A DNA stretch of 64,000 bases from Mayamaea pseudoterrestris. Its lineage: Eukaryota. Below are positions 46,545-59,207 of this stretch, in pieces; position 1 is the first letter of the stretch, and each line of letters opens with the position of its first letter. Below the pieces are notes generated by a model that saw only the letters and a list, made by a program, of their open reading frames with translations, did no database searches and was not told the origin of the DNA. The stretch lies in assembly GCA_027923505.1 (NCBI GenBank), contig BROI01000009.1, forward strand, positions 930,001-994,000, given 5' to 3'. Made by a program: the position numbers and the translations under genes.

Positions 46545-48036
46545 TTAGCCATGCTTCATCCGATTGAGCGCCTCGTCGACGCATTTATAGCCGCATCCAC
46601 TACAAGTTGTACAAGAGGATTGAGATGTAGTTGGTACTTAAGTGAGCGACAGAAGGAAAATCGCCTGCATCAACATTATCACATGAAACGTACAAGTCAT
46701 TTTCGTAGCACTCCTCCAACGGAAACATCACTTGGCCGTCGTTTGTGCAACCCGAACCAAGAATCCGGTCACCGCAGTATTCCATCACAAGCTGTTGTAC
46801 CTTACGAAAGTCGGCTAACTTTTGCTCAAACAGTCTTTCTCCAATCACTTCGTAGATTGTTCTATCTAAACTAGCATTCGCCGCCGCGTGCAGCAAGTAG
46901 TCGGCCTGGTTGATCCAATACCATTCGGGCGAGTCAAAGTAGGCATTCAAAGTGGCACTTTCCTGCGCGGACAGATTCGGTCGCTGCTTGCGCTGACAAG
47001 TATGTTTGTATCTTCCCGTTCGAACCAGCAAGTATGGATTGTTCGCAGTGACCTTGGCCGATGCAACCAACAAGACAACCTCTCGCCAGTCGTCGTCTAG
47101 TCCCAGCAAAATGGCCAGCGCCACGACTGACTCCTCCATGCGCTCCACGACTAGTACAAAGTCGTATGATTGCATGACATTGGTGTGTATTTCGGTCAAT
47201 AATTGCTGCGAGTTTAGCTGTAGTTTCAGTGGTTCCCATGGCTTGGACAAGTAAAATGGCTCGAGCTGTTTGGTGCTCAAGTAATTGTACTGGTAGCCAC
47301 CCTTGCCCTTGGTCTTGCCTCCTTGTCGCGATTGTAGTCCGTTCATTACAAGTCTTGTCATGTTGACAGTATTTGTGCTAGTAATTGTTGCGTTGTTTTC
47401 CAATAACTGCTGCTGCTGCTGCTGTAATTGCTCCAGGTATGGCATGACGACAAAGTAGTAAACCGCCGAAAGCGCTCGCTGGGCAGGATCTCGGACAGAC
47501 CCCAGCAGGAACGAGTTGCGTACGAATCGATTCACGTAAACGTAGCCTTGTCGATGCACGTGCTCGACGGCACAATGGCGGTGCCGTTGAATGCTCAAGA
47601 CAATGCCAGCCGTCGTACTGGACGCAGCCTTGGGGACCTTGACGTACAAGAGTCCCTGCCATGACGATTTATTCTTGCTTAATGCTGCCGCTGCAGCTGC
47701 TTGGTTTGTAATAGGCATCGTCTCATTGACGCACCAAGAATCCATGGAACGCTTGGAAAAGGCTCGAGCGATGCGACTGCCTCGTTCCTGAAAGCATGCT
47801 GCTGTCCAGCAAATTTCTTCTTGCGTTGTCACGGCAGTACATCTGGACTTGTTTTGTAACGTCGGATCAATCTCAAGATTTAACACGAAAGATTGCAAGG
47901 AGTTCGTGTTAAAAGTCGACTGCTCCAGCAGCATCCAGCTTGCTGTTGCAAAGAGGGCGATGCTCGTAGCCATCAAGCGTACTGCTCGCCGTCGCCAAAC
48001 GTTGAGTCGGTTGGCTCGCCATTGTCGTATTCTCAT
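46545..48036 (-). CDS. Type II membrane sulfotransferase-family protein, 2 exons
   Basis: N-terminal TM, YVKVPKAASST (5'-PSB), SVRDPAQRALS (3'-PB), YDFVLVVERMEES. Intron 46693-46600 gives ..CYENDFGCGYKCVD..*. Confidence 0.8.
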
Positions 48037-48148
48037 GTTTCGATACGTTAACAAGCACCATGGTCAATACACTGATGAATGTTCTGGGTAGCCATCATGG
48101 TCACTGCTGGATTATGCGAGACTTGCGACTCGCGTTCGTCAAAAGGCG

Positions 48149-48483
48149 AAGGCAATAGTACGAAACGAGTGCCAGTGAAAACTACGCCACAAGGCAATAT
48201 TGTGAAACGAGTGCCAGTGAAAACTGATTAAGAAGGCAATAGTATGAAACGAGTGCCAGTGATAACTACGTCACGAGGCTATAATACGAAACGAGTGCCA
48301 GTGAAAACTGCGTCAGTAATTGAATTTATGAAACCAGTGCCAGTGAAAACTGAGTCATGAGGCAATACTGTGAAACGGGTGCCAGTGTCAATGACGTCAG
48401 TAGGCAATAGTACAAAACGAGTGCCAGTGAAAACTGCGTCATAAGGCAATAGTATGAAACGGGTTACAATGTCAATTACGCTT
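48149..48483. repeat. 42-bp minisatellite, 8 diverged units
   Basis: AGGCAATAGTAYGAAACGAGTGCCAGTGAAAACT starts at 48149, 48191, 48233, 48275, 48317, 48359, 48401 and 48443. Confidence 0.9.
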
Positions 48484-49062
48484 AAAAGTTGATTCTGAGT
48501 GCATCTTACGAAACGATTCCAGTGCGGCAGCCAAACACTACTATGCTCCTCTACAAACACTGTCAATCTACTAGACATTACATCTGCATTAGATAAGGAA
48601 TATAGCATGAGTTCCGATGCGATCACAACGAGTCAAACAGTCGAAAAAGGCGTCGACTCGGCAACGGCACACTCGCACGTGGAGAATGCAGCAGCTGCAG
48701 CAGGACGAAGCTGCATCGATGAATCAAAGTCACCGTTAGCCAGTGCCAATGTTTGTGGCGATACTGTCGTCTCGTGGTGTACTACAGTGAAAGCTTCAAA
48801 CACGGTAGGTCCCGATAGAAGCGTTTGCGCCATGGCCTGCGATGCGTATTGCGTATACGTGCATACGTGGTTTTTGATTTCGATGCTGGCTGCTGTAACT
48901 ACTGGCATGGCATGGCGCGTCACGGTCATGAACAAAAGAAAACTCCTTTTATACAATCACACCATTGACTCACTCATACCAATTTTACAAAGTCAGATCG
49001 ACAAGATCTTATTGGTACGTTACGTTGGATGTTCGATTTGTTGATATTGGGTCCGGTGTCCG

Positions 49063-49950
49063 GTGTATGCAGCGTCGAATAAGTGGCTCGACAGCTGCCT
49101 ACATAGAACTGTTTTACAAAAGTCAATCTTACCCTTTACTTGCTCATTAGGTAGCGTTCAAGATTTCCTTAATGACGCCTCGACACAAGTAAACATTGAA
49201 CATACGATTTCTTTGTTGCTACCGTACGCTAAAGGGAATGGTTTAATTGAACCAGTCATTCGACACGAATACACTGGAGTTGAATTGCTGTCGGCTCGAG
49301 TCACTCCCTTTTTGGAAGCGGTTCGTGCATTGGGCGAACGTGGTTGGTGGACGCGGGCGTTTCAAAACAGTTTGCTCGCGAGATTCATACCGCCGCCGCA
49401 GCAGGAAGGTGAATTGCAAGAGCCTACGAACGATGAAGCTTCCGGTCGCGGACGCCCACCATTGCGAGCTGTTGCTGTGCCTAATCGGAATGATGGTTCA
49501 GAAGGAACATCCAACTTGACTGATTCGAATAGAGCGGCGTTATTGAGTTCCTCGACTGGTGTCAGCAGAGACCACCATCGGGAACAGGCAAGACAGCGCG
49601 AACTGAATGGCTGGTGCTGCGTTAGCCGAACTTGCCAGCAACCAAATGATCACCTTCCTGAGGATTTGGTCTGTCACTTTTGTTTCCGTACTCTTCACAA
49701 TCCTGCCGAGCTGCCATGCTCCGTCGCTGTTCCTGAAGGTATCCAATGTTTGCAGGGCCAAGGCTGCCAACGTAAACGAGCAGCAAAACCGACTCCTCCA
49801 GGAAAGCGCAAACCTTCACCTCCGCCATCGCCGCCATCGCCGCCGGATGATGATGATATTGACACAAAACCGGGTATCAAGCGACGCAGAATGGGATCGA
49901 CTGAGGGAACACGTCGCTCGACACGTCGCGCTGCTTGTGCACATACTTGA
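49063..49950 (+). CDS. Orphan ORF with a Cys/His cluster and basic Pro-rich tail; start uncertain
   Basis: 295-codon ORF with CCVSRTC..CHFCFRTLH..C..C..C and NLS-like KRRR. No family recognised. Confidence 0.4.
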   Translation: MYAASNKWLDSCLHRTVLQKSILPFTCSLGSVQDFLNDASTQVNIEHTISLLLPYAKGNGLIEPVIRHEYTGVELLSARVTPFLEAVRALGERGWWTRAFQNSLLARFIPPPQQEGELQEPTNDEASGRGRPPLRAVAVPNRNDGSEGTSNLTDSNRAALLSSSTGVSRDHHREQARQRELNGWCCVSRTCQQPNDHLPEDLVCHFCFRTLHNPAELPCSVAVPEGIQCLQGQGCQRKRAAKPTPPGKRKPSPPPSPPSPPDDDDIDTKPGIKRRRMGSTEGTRRSTRRAACAHT

Positions 49951-50758
49951 GTAACATGCTCGCGCTGTGCCGGAGGATGGTCGTTCTAAGGAGTGATTCA
50001 TTTTTACATGATTTGTCGCGTCCCATTATTGATAGCATATTGGACGCATACACGTGCCACGTTTGTCGATGACGAAACATTATTACTTCCTACCTTGTTA
50101 ACACCTGGCTTGACAGCACAGCTACGTCGTATGGACTACCTCGGATACATCGTCTGCTTGCATACCGTTATGTGCTCTCTTGTACGCTCGGATTTCGTCC
50201 GACTTTGTTACACATCGTACCGAATCCTTATTGATCTGTTCCTACAGCAACAAGTTCCATCCTTTGTTTTTCATTCTGAAACAACAACTGCGCCATTTTC
50301 AACTTACTTTCGCATTGATGCCACCTTTACCATTTGCATAGTCCAGCAGCAATCGCAAGCTAACGAGCATATCAACGATTAGCTACGCATCGAATTGTCG
50401 CGATCGCTTCCATTAGAGCCGATGCGACTGCAGACAGCTGTGACCGGAGCGTCACGTTTGATTCCCGTTTCGTCCGTTTCCAAACGAACGCCTGAAAGTC
50501 ATCACCGTACACTATTGTCAATACTATGATTACTCTTGCGCGTCTGATGTAATGTTGGTGTCAAGCCCGGTGGTGACGCGGAGGTTCGTGATGGATGTCG
50601 GCGCGGCGGATGGCTGCCAAGAGCGAAACCGTTCCATTCGTTGCTTGTATAGGAAGGAGATGAAACTATATAGATCCCTTTGAAGCAGCGGGAAGAAGAA
50701 TTGCATCAAGGTATCAACGGAAGTAAGAGGATACACTGCTATAATAACAGCAGATACA

Positions 50759-52855
50759 ATGCGCATCGTCACGTCATCGCTCGGAGGCGTCTCGGGAGGA
50801 TCTTCCAATCATGGAGCCGACAGCAGCAACAAGAAGAAGAAGGACTACGACATGGTAGTTTCCGGCAAGTCGTACCAAGCCAAGGTTCCTCGAGGCCTTC
50901 GAGTCTTGTCGTCTGGTAGCGCTGCTGGTAGCGCTAGTAGTGCGAACGAATTGGGCGATTTAAAGGCGGAAGCGTCACTGATCGAAAATTGGTGGCAGGA
51001 GCCTCGCTGGATGCACACGACGCGCATTTACTCACGTAAGTTATCAAGTGATATTATGTAATGAAGACAATCAGTATTGTGAGAGGGAAAGATATGTCGT
51101 GAAGCAGAGCTTGTTCCATTGTACTATCCGCATTCACTTTGCCGCCGCCGCTGCCGCTCTTCACGCGATGCACCTCTGTTTCCAATATTCGTTTCACTCA
51201 CACTTATACGACGAACCAACATTTTCCATGACAGCCATGGACGTTGCCTGCCTTCGTCCATCCGCCGAGGCGCGCGGAAACAATCGCATTGCCCCCAAGG
51301 CGTCCTTTTCGCACCGCCAATCCGTCAAGCTGTACACGTTGCTGCGCGACTTGTACCAAAACGGCGGTTACTCGCACACCTTTGGCGCACTGGATCCGGT
51401 ACAAGTGGTGCAAATGGCGCCGCACTTGTCCAGCATTTACGTTTCCGGTTGGCAGTGCTCCAGTACAGCGAGTAGTACCAATGAACCAGGCCCCGACGTT
51501 GCCGATTATCCGAGCAATACAGTGCCAAACAAGGTGGATCACTTGGTGCGCGCGCAGCTGCACCATGATCGGCGCCAGCAGCAGGCGCGTAGCAAGGCGT
51601 TGCTGGATGGTAAAGACTTGAGCGATGAAGACAAGGTGGACTACTTGCGTCCCGTTGTGGCCGATGGTGATACTGGACATGGTGGTTTGTCGGCTGTCAT
51701 GAAGTTGATCAAATTAATGGTGGAGGCCGGAGCAGCTGGAGTTCACTTGGAAGATCAAAAGCCGGGCACGAAAAAGTGCGGACACATGGGTGGCAAGGTG
51801 CTGGTCAGCACGCAGGAACATGTCGATCGATTGGTGGCGGCGCGACTGGCGAGTGATATCCTCGGGACAGACTTGGTGTTAATTGCGCGAACGGATGCAG
51901 AGGCGGCCACCTTGCTTGACAACAACATTGATGGACGAGACCATCCATTCATTCTGGGAGTTACGGTGCCAAACACTCCGTCGCTCAACCAAGTGACGCG
52001 CGATGCCAGTGTTGCAGACCGTGAGCGCGTACAAACGGAGTGGAAGGCGCGCGCCAAGTTGATGACGTTTGGAGAAGCCGTCTTGGATGCCATTGACAAG
52101 TCGGGAGCGCAAACTTACCAAAAGCGTCAAATGCGTGACCGCTGGTTGGCGGCGGAACCAAATACGTTGAGCAACGCCAAGGCGCGGCAAGTGGCGGATT
52201 CGATTCTCGGCAAGAAGAATGCGGTGAGTCATATGTTTTGCTATGCTTTGTCGCGTGACATGGTTTGGCAAATTTTCTGACGAGACTTCATCAATCATAA
52301 CAGATTTACTTTGACTGGGAACTTTGCCGCGTCAATGAAGGCTACTACCAGCTCCGTCCAGGCATTGACTATTGCGTTCAGCGCGCCATTGCCTACGCGC
52401 CGTATGCCGACTTGATTTGGATGGAGACGGCGGTTCCAGGCATTCCTGATGCCAAGCATTTTGCTGATGGCGTTCACAAGGTTCATCCTCAGCAAATGCT
52501 CGCGTATAACCTTTCGCCGTCGTTTAATTGGGACGCGAGTGGCATGAACGATTCCGAGATTGCTCGCTTCAACGATGATCTTGGCAGACTCGGATATGTT
52601 TGGCAATTCATTACATTGGCTGGTTTTCATTCCAATGGACTCATCGTCACGCAATTGGCGCGCGATTTTGGCGATCGCGGCATGTTGGCCTACGTGGAAA
52701 GAATTCAGCGCAAGGAGCGCGACGAAAAGGTGGAAATGCTAACGCATCAGCGATGGAGCGGTGCAGAGCTGGTTGATAACATGATCAATGTTGCCTCTGG
52801 AGGAACGGCGTCGACGGCTGCCATGGGAGCCGGCGTGACGGAGTCGCAGTTTTAG
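50759..52855 (+). CDS. ICL: Isocitrate lyase, 3 exons
   Basis: [51 protein letters not shown] and HQRWSG motifs. Introns 51036-51234 and 52224-52303. Confidence 0.96.
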
Positions 52856-53343
52856 AAGAGAAAGTTGATGTCGGTAGGTTTACGATGTAAGAGTCGGTAG
52901 AGTAACATGTATACGCTTTTGTTATAACAAAATTACTATAAACCATCGCTCTGTGTTACGACAATTGTATATACGGCGGTGATGGATCGTTCGCAACCAA
53001 GCAACGCTTCGTTTCTCGGCCCAGCGTATGACACGAGAGTCTTGCTGGCTTCCTTATGTTTCTGCTTCCAGTCACTAACTTAGCAGCGTTTGCTCGAGTA
53101 CGTATCGCCTCAGCGGAGCCACCGCTTAAAGTAATCATCTCTTCACAACCGGCACAGCGTGATCGAGGGATCTATGTCTACGCAGTGCCTTCTAAGACGC
53201 ATGCTGCGTATCGACTCGTCGTAGATTCTCGCGAGAATCGTTTGAACTTGTAATTCGATCAGACAGCTGCTACGCCACGATCAATAGAGGAATGCGAAAG
53301 GTAGTATACCGTCACATTGCATACCCATTTTGACTCTCCCGTG

Positions 53344-54682
53344 CTATCGTGCGACAGCAGTTGTGCTCGTCGTCAACTCGTTCAATAGGGCCTTGCCAAA
53401 ATCCGAGACTGGTTCGTTTCCCAAAAGCTGTTCAGCTCCCGGTGCAACCGCAAGAATGTCGCTCCAGTATCCCATGTAATAGTCCGTCACGTTGATTTGT
53501 TGTTCCAATTCGTAGTACCATTGGCAATTTTTCTTGAAACCAGTCATTGGCCGAGTGGAGCGGAATGCCTTGTGAGCGGGACCAGCCTGTGGGTGTGTCA
53601 TGACGTGCAACGCGATAAGGCGATACCCTGCATCCGCGAGTCTGACGAGTATTTCTGCGGCAACGCAGTGGCCATTCTCGTAATTGCTCATCAAATCCAT
53701 GCCCTTGGGCCAGTATTCGAACAGTATGAACGAAAGTTTTCGTTTGCGAATGGATTCCGCAAGTCCACCAAACACGGCGGGTTCATAGCCCTGCGTATCG
53801 ATTTTGGCAATGAACACTTGCCCCTGTTTTGAAATGACGTCGTCTAATTTCATAGTCTCGACGACTACATCGGAACTTGTTGGTAAATTGTGTGAAGTCG
53901 CCGATGCCGATGGCGTACTGCGTGTCATTTTCCACGCATCAATTCCTTGCCCAACATGATCACCCGTTCCACCGTCACCGCTAAATGCGACTCTATCTCC
54001 CGAAGTTGCTCCGACTGCCACGTTGTAAAGCGATATTCCTCTTTGAATGAGTGTTTCAAGTCGTTGAAGCTGCTCCGTGATGCGTTCAAAGGATGCCGAC
54101 GATGGCTCGAAGCAATGCGCACTGAAACCGACTTGAGCTGCCTTTGCACATTGCTTAATATGGTGCTGTATTGTTTGCAAAATTGGATACAAATGAGGCT
54201 ACACGATATACGGGTCCATGCATATCATTGTTCCAGAATCACCGACACTGTCCATTCACGCATTTACGCACCATTCCAACCTCCACGACAATTCCGAGAC
54301 TATGATTCAGCCGTCCCTGCCTGCTGATGAGTGACTCTCCTTTCTCTAACAGTTGCTTATATACATGATCAGACTCGAATATGTGCATGTCAATGAGTTG
54401 TTCATCCTGCTCGTTGATGTTATTGCTGTTAGGAAAGGCACCTCCAGCACCTCCAGTCTTGCGCAGTCTGGACAAGGTATTTGATTCTACTAATTGAGTC
54501 TCATTCGCCGAGGCGGACGCAGTCAGGTTCAGCGACAAGAAACGCTGAACATTCTCGTTATATAAAGCTGTGTCGGTATCAAAGTACGTAATGAAAGTGA
54601 CGACGAAGAGACCGACGCAAAAGGCAAATGTCTGGAAAAACCGACAGGAATGGCCTCCCACTCTCTGTGATCGGACATGCAT
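53344..54682 (-). CDS. FkbM-family SAM methyltransferase, type II membrane, 2 exons
   Basis: N-terminal TM. VVEVGM|HH via intron 54271-54166. CFEPS, KLDD, KIDTQGYE and LFEYWP motifs. Confidence 0.8.
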
Positions 54683-55136
54683 TCCACGATGTAAATTCCA
54701 GTCGTCTCTTTGGATGAGCCTTTAATATTAGTAGCATGTATTGCGAATGCGTAGAACGTGCAGCTTCCATCGATATATTATGCAACGCATAACGCATGCC
54801 GCATGCCGCTCGCCAAAACGAGGTCGAGGTGCAATGTCGCAACGCGATCAATGCACGACCGTTTGGTCGTGTCAAGTGACAAATCGAGAAACTGAAATTG
54901 TCATGACGAATTGAGATTCGGTCAAGCTTCAACTTTTGATACATTCATCATAGGTTCAAGACTGTCAAAAATAGCCCATTGAAATTTGGGTTGAACATCT
55001 GGCGTCTATCTTTGCATTTTGGCGGTCACGCCGACATCTGTTCAGAACTCATTCCAATCAATGTCGCCACCGCGTCAATCTCATTATTTCACTGCGCCAA
55101 CTGCAAAGGTTGCCAGCCTCTTGCACCAAACAACGA

Positions 55137-56327
55137 ATGAACGAAACGATGAATTCCTCGCTTCGACTTTCAGAAGCTCTCCATGGGGCTCTTGACGGCT
55201 TGGACGCTGACTTTCTGTCGCTTGACGATGACGACTGCGCTGCAACTATTGATTCCGTTTCCCAAGACATGTTTGACGATGACAAGCTCTGGGCTCCAAG
55301 TCGTACCATTTGCTCAGCGATTACATCATTCCCAGCATGCCATGCACCAAAGATTCCAACGAGTATTTATATCAAAGGAGGCGGAAGAGCAGCAGGAACG
55401 GGCTACGAAAATGGCGGGAACGACTTTCGAATCGAGTCATTTCCTTTCGCCGAGCAAACTACGCCAAGTCCCATATTCAGCAGTTTGATCTCCCTCATGA
55501 TGATACCAAAGAGCGAATCTGTCATTTCTAACGTTGAAATTACGGCATTTCAGTCTTCCACTGGTGATCCAACTAGGCAGTCGAGTATGGATGGATCGGC
55601 AATGATCAGGTCCTTGCCCATCCCGATTGGTTCTAAATCAGTGCCTTCGGTATCTCCACTTCCCTATTCCAGCCATTCCTTTCTACTTCATCGGCTGTGC
55701 ATGACTTACAAGGTGTCATTAGATAGCGCCAAGTTGCCTCGTTTGGTTCAGTGGACACTGGATAAAGATCCGGAATGCCTGCTCCGTCGGCATGTGTCGC
55801 TCGTAGCCAAAGCGGTGCAGGTTCCACAGACGCGTCAGAAAGGCAAGCGGCGCATCAAGGCTGCCTACCACTACCCTCTACATATGGCGTTGGCGAATCG
55901 AAATGTACCTGTTCCTGTCATACAAACTTTGTTAATGGTTGCTTTGCAGTTGAATTGCTGTGGTGGTGCGGCCGACCTTCTCACGCTCCGTGACGGTCGT
56001 TTACAGCAAACGCCCTTGATGATTCTGCTCAAGTATCGACCGCATCAAGTCAAGTTATTGGATGAGTTGATACTGGCGGCTCCAGCATCCGTCGCCCTCG
56101 CCGACCGTTGCAACGATACGGCCCTGCATGTTGCCGTTCGCCACGGAGCTGGGCTTGTCGCCATTCGCCACTTGGTCATTGTCGAGCCAAAGACTTGTTT
56201 GGCGGAGAATCGTCTCGGTGAGACGCCACTGCGAATTGCGCAACGAGTTGGGGGCATTCCTGACGGCGTTGTCAGCTTTTTGGCAGTGCGGACGCATCGG
56301 TTTCGTCTGCGGTACAGTGGCACATGA
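55137..56327 (+). CDS. Ankyrin-repeat protein
   Basis: YPLHMA, QTPLMI, DTALHVA and GETPLRIA repeats in the C-terminal half. Confidence 0.75.
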   Translation: MNETMNSSLRLSEALHGALDGLDADFLSLDDDDCAATIDSVSQDMFDDDKLWAPSRTICSAITSFPACHAPKIPTSIYIKGGGRAAGTGYENGGNDFRIESFPFAEQTTPSPIFSSLISLMMIPKSESVISNVEITAFQSSTGDPTRQSSMDGSAMIRSLPIPIGSKSVPSVSPLPYSSHSFLLHRLCMTYKVSLDSAKLPRLVQWTLDKDPECLLRRHVSLVAKAVQVPQTRQKGKRRIKAAYHYPLHMALANRNVPVPVIQTLLMVALQLNCCGGAADLLTLRDGRLQQTPLMILLKYRPHQVKLLDELILAAPASVALADRCNDTALHVAVRHGAGLVAIRHLVIVEPKTCLAENRLGETPLRIAQRVGGIPDGVVSFLAVRTHRFRLRYSGT

Positions 56328-56507
56328 AGAAGTAGACGCCCTACATGTTCTAATTACTGATACGATCACCTTGCTGTCAAAATATATGTTTGGAACTATA
56401 TGAAATTACCAGTAGCATTGTGCTCGTTGCCTTGTCTTTATGTATGCTTGCTTTCCTACAGCCTCCGTCATCCTTCGACGCAACGCTTAAACCGTACTCC
56501 AACGATA

Positions 56508-59207
56508 TCACACGTTAGAGGCCCCATCTTCGGCGTCATTCGTCGCATTTTGTAGCCTTTCGCCATTGCTTGCTTCTATTGTTGTATCCGACGTTGTGGC
56601 TCTTGCTGTCGTCGTATTGGATGCTATTGCTGTTCCTTGACTATCGAGCAACGCATCGTTGAATCCAATGTTGGATTTCGAAGCCAAGATTCCGCTTACA
56701 TCCGCACTCACGTCCTGCCCTTCCACCATAGATTGCTGCTGGGAGTCGTTGTTCCCCTTGGAAGAGAATTCGTGGCCACTAGGTGCCGTTCCCAAGCCAG
56801 AAACATAAACGTTACCACCGTGTCGGCCGCGAATCTTCGGTGTGATTGTCACATTGTTCTCGGCCCTCCAGTATGCCATGTACTTTGGCACCATGACGAG
56901 CGAAAGTGCCGTAATAGGTAGAATCCAAAACAAAATCGCATATCCCATGATCTTGCCGTTTGTTGATACGTTGCGAAGAATAGCGACCAAAGGCGCTCCC
57001 ACCACTAGAATTTCGGCTTGTACGCAAAATAGGATGAAAATCCACCAACTTTCCGTGTATGCATCGTCAACATCCTTCGTCTTCCATGCCATGTATCCGG
57101 TCAACACAGTAGGAATGAACATGATCAGCGCCAATGGAACAACATAGGGAACCATATCATTCATTTGGCAACGGCCAATGGATGCGCCTGAAATCGGGTC
57201 CAGTTCAACTCGCACCCAGTAGGGTGCATCCAGCACTGTCCAGCAAGTAAGCACCACGAGCGCAGCCGACATGAGAAGCACTGCAGGCCAGAGCACATCC
57301 AAAATCTTAATCTCGCGGCGAGAAAATTGGAGTACCTTTTGCACGCGCCAAAGCTTACTGAATAGAGCAAGATAGATAATCATCAAACCCCATGTAATCA
57401 GCCAAGGCACACTGATACATGCCTTGCCAAGCTGCTCTGCAGACCATCCGTAACTCTCATCGTTGATGAAACACAAGATGGTCGATCCCAAAACTGACGT
57501 GCCAAACGCAAGGATGTAAAGAAACATCGGCTGGGCTGCCTTGACCACGCGATGCGAGCGATGCAGAAAAACCCAAACAACTGTAAACATCGAAGATATG
57601 TAAACGGTAGCCACCAAGAAGATGGACAAGCCTCTCAATTCTGGAGATAGGTAGTTTTGGTCCGGCATGTCGCGAAGTAAGGTGGGTGGAACGTTGCGGC
57701 CATCGGCAAATGTAAAATTAGCGACAGGAACCCACTGGTTTTCCATATCCGTCGCAGCCGGCATAATGGCGGCGACTGTGAAATGCTCAATAGACGTGTC
57801 CACATCACCATTAGTTTCTTCGTTCGGAAGGAGATTGAGCGCTCCCCAACTGACGGTAGTGCTATTCCGAATACCAGCGGCAAATGGATTTCCCTTGCTA
57901 AACTCAACATGGCCAGACGCTCCACTAAAGTTCGAATCTCGAATTCCGTTCTGGTGAGCAACGCCGTCCAGTGGCAAGCCGCTCTCCTGCTGTGCCAAAC
58001 AAGCTCCAATTCCAATACTCATGACAGCATCGTACATGAATCCCGATCCAATCTCCACGCGAAATCGATCGTGAAAAATCTTTGGCGGCGCACTAATGTA
58101 TCCAGCCTCGCCTCGTGAAATGGGATTCATGTCGTTCAACCGCTCAATGAAGTCTATATCAGCCGTTTCTAGCGCTTCGGCAAAGGGATCCGTGAGGTTA
58201 AAAAAGTTTCGGTATAGAAAGAGTTCAATCGCATTGATCCAGACGCTTCCGTACAAGAGTTTCACAATCTGCGGATCTGAAGTGTTCAACAACTCAGGGT
58301 CCATCAGCCCAAAAAATATATAAAAGTATTCTCCATTATTCAGTCCAACTTGATCGGCCGCTCGGGCCAGTCGCGGAACCTCCGCCAAACTGTCATCAAC
58401 TGCTATAATAATGGTTCGAAATCCCCGGTCCTTGACAAGCTGCATGGCAACAAGTTCTTCATTGCCAGGCTGATCATTGATACTGAAAATGGTATCAGCA
58501 TCTAAGTATCCTATCGTCTGGTACATCATGTTCCGTTGCAGCAGCTCCAAGGCAAGCAGCTCGCGCTGCTGTATTCCAAGATCAGTCGTCGGATACAAGA
58601 CGGCCGTAAAATTGGTTCGGTTCCATTCAACCAGATAGTCAATTGTTCGACTGGCCAGTTCATTCATGCTTGGATAAACTTGACTGGTAAATGGCTCAAA
58701 CTTGGCGCTACTGAGACGCAAATTGTAGGCTTGGTAGACAACGTGAGCATACTGATTTGCCGTGGCTTGCGCACCCAGGTCGAGGGACGGCATGTCATTG
58801 TAGGCGCCGGCAATGGCGCAGGGCTGATCCTCCTGCGCCACCAATGCTTGCGCCGCTTGGTGGTTGCGAGTGCCCGAGTCAAAGAATTTGGAATTGTTCA
58901 AGTCAAAGTAGACGGAGCAGTCGGAATAATTGGCCAGTTCAGGAACCACCGTCGAGTTGCGATCGTTAAAGTGCTGCATCGCTAATAGAGCAGCAGCCAT
59001 GTGATCAAACCCAAAGTTTGACGAAGCATCGCCACCTCGATGAAGAAATGATGTAGCGGATGTGCCACTGTGAGTCGAGGATTGAGGTGCATTAAAAGAA
59101 TGGTGAGCAAAATGGTTCAGCAGTAGATTCAAACCGAGAAAGTAACGACAAGAGATAACAAGTCGGCGATGACGAGACAAATAGTCAAACGCGCACAACC
59201 GAAACAA
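56508..59207 (-). CDS. Class C (GABA-B-like, 7tm_3) GPCR with periplasmic-binding-protein-like ectodomain; N-terminus uncertain
   Basis: Seven hydrophobic helices with HRVVKAAQPMFL, C..PWL..G..LFSKLWRV and ESWWI. Ectodomain has YDAV..G and FSGASG.V.F. Confidence 0.85.
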   Translation of the reverse strand: MFRLCAFDYLSRHRRLVISCRYFLGLNLLLNHFAHHSFNAPQSSTHSGTSATSFLHRGGDASSNFGFDHMAAALLAMQHFNDRNSTVVPELANYSDCSVYFDLNNSKFFDSGTRNHQAAQALVAQEDQPCAIAGAYNDMPSLDLGAQATANQYAHVVYQAYNLRLSSAKFEPFTSQVYPSMNELASRTIDYLVEWNRTNFTAVLYPTTDLGIQQRELLALELLQRNMMYQTIGYLDADTIFSINDQPGNEELVAMQLVKDRGFRTIIIAVDDSLAEVPRLARAADQVGLNNGEYFYIFFGLMDPELLNTSDPQIVKLLYGSVWINAIELFLYRNFFNLTDPFAEALETADIDFIERLNDMNPISRGEAGYISAPPKIFHDRFRVEIGSGFMYDAVMSIGIGACLAQQESGLPLDGVAHQNGIRDSNFSGASGHVEFSKGNPFAAGIRNSTTVSWGALNLLPNEETNGDVDTSIEHFTVAAIMPAATDMENQWVPVANFTFADGRNVPPTLLRDMPDQNYLSPELRGLSIFLVATVYISSMFTVVWVFLHRSHRVVKAAQPMFLYILAFGTSVLGSTILCFINDESYGWSAEQLGKACISVPWLITWGLMIIYLALFSKLWRVQKVLQFSRREIKILDVLWPAVLLMSAALVVLTCWTVLDAPYWVRVELDPISGASIGRCQMNDMVPYVVPLALIMFIPTVLTGYMAWKTKDVDDAYTESWWIFILFCVQAEILVVGAPLVAILRNVSTNGKIMGYAILFWILPITALSLVMVPKYMAYWRAENNVTITPKIRGRHGGNVYVSGLGTAPSGHEFSSKGNNDSQQQSMVEGQDVSADVSGILASKSNIGFNDALLDSQGTAIASNTTTARATTSDTTIEASNGERLQNATNDAEDGASNV

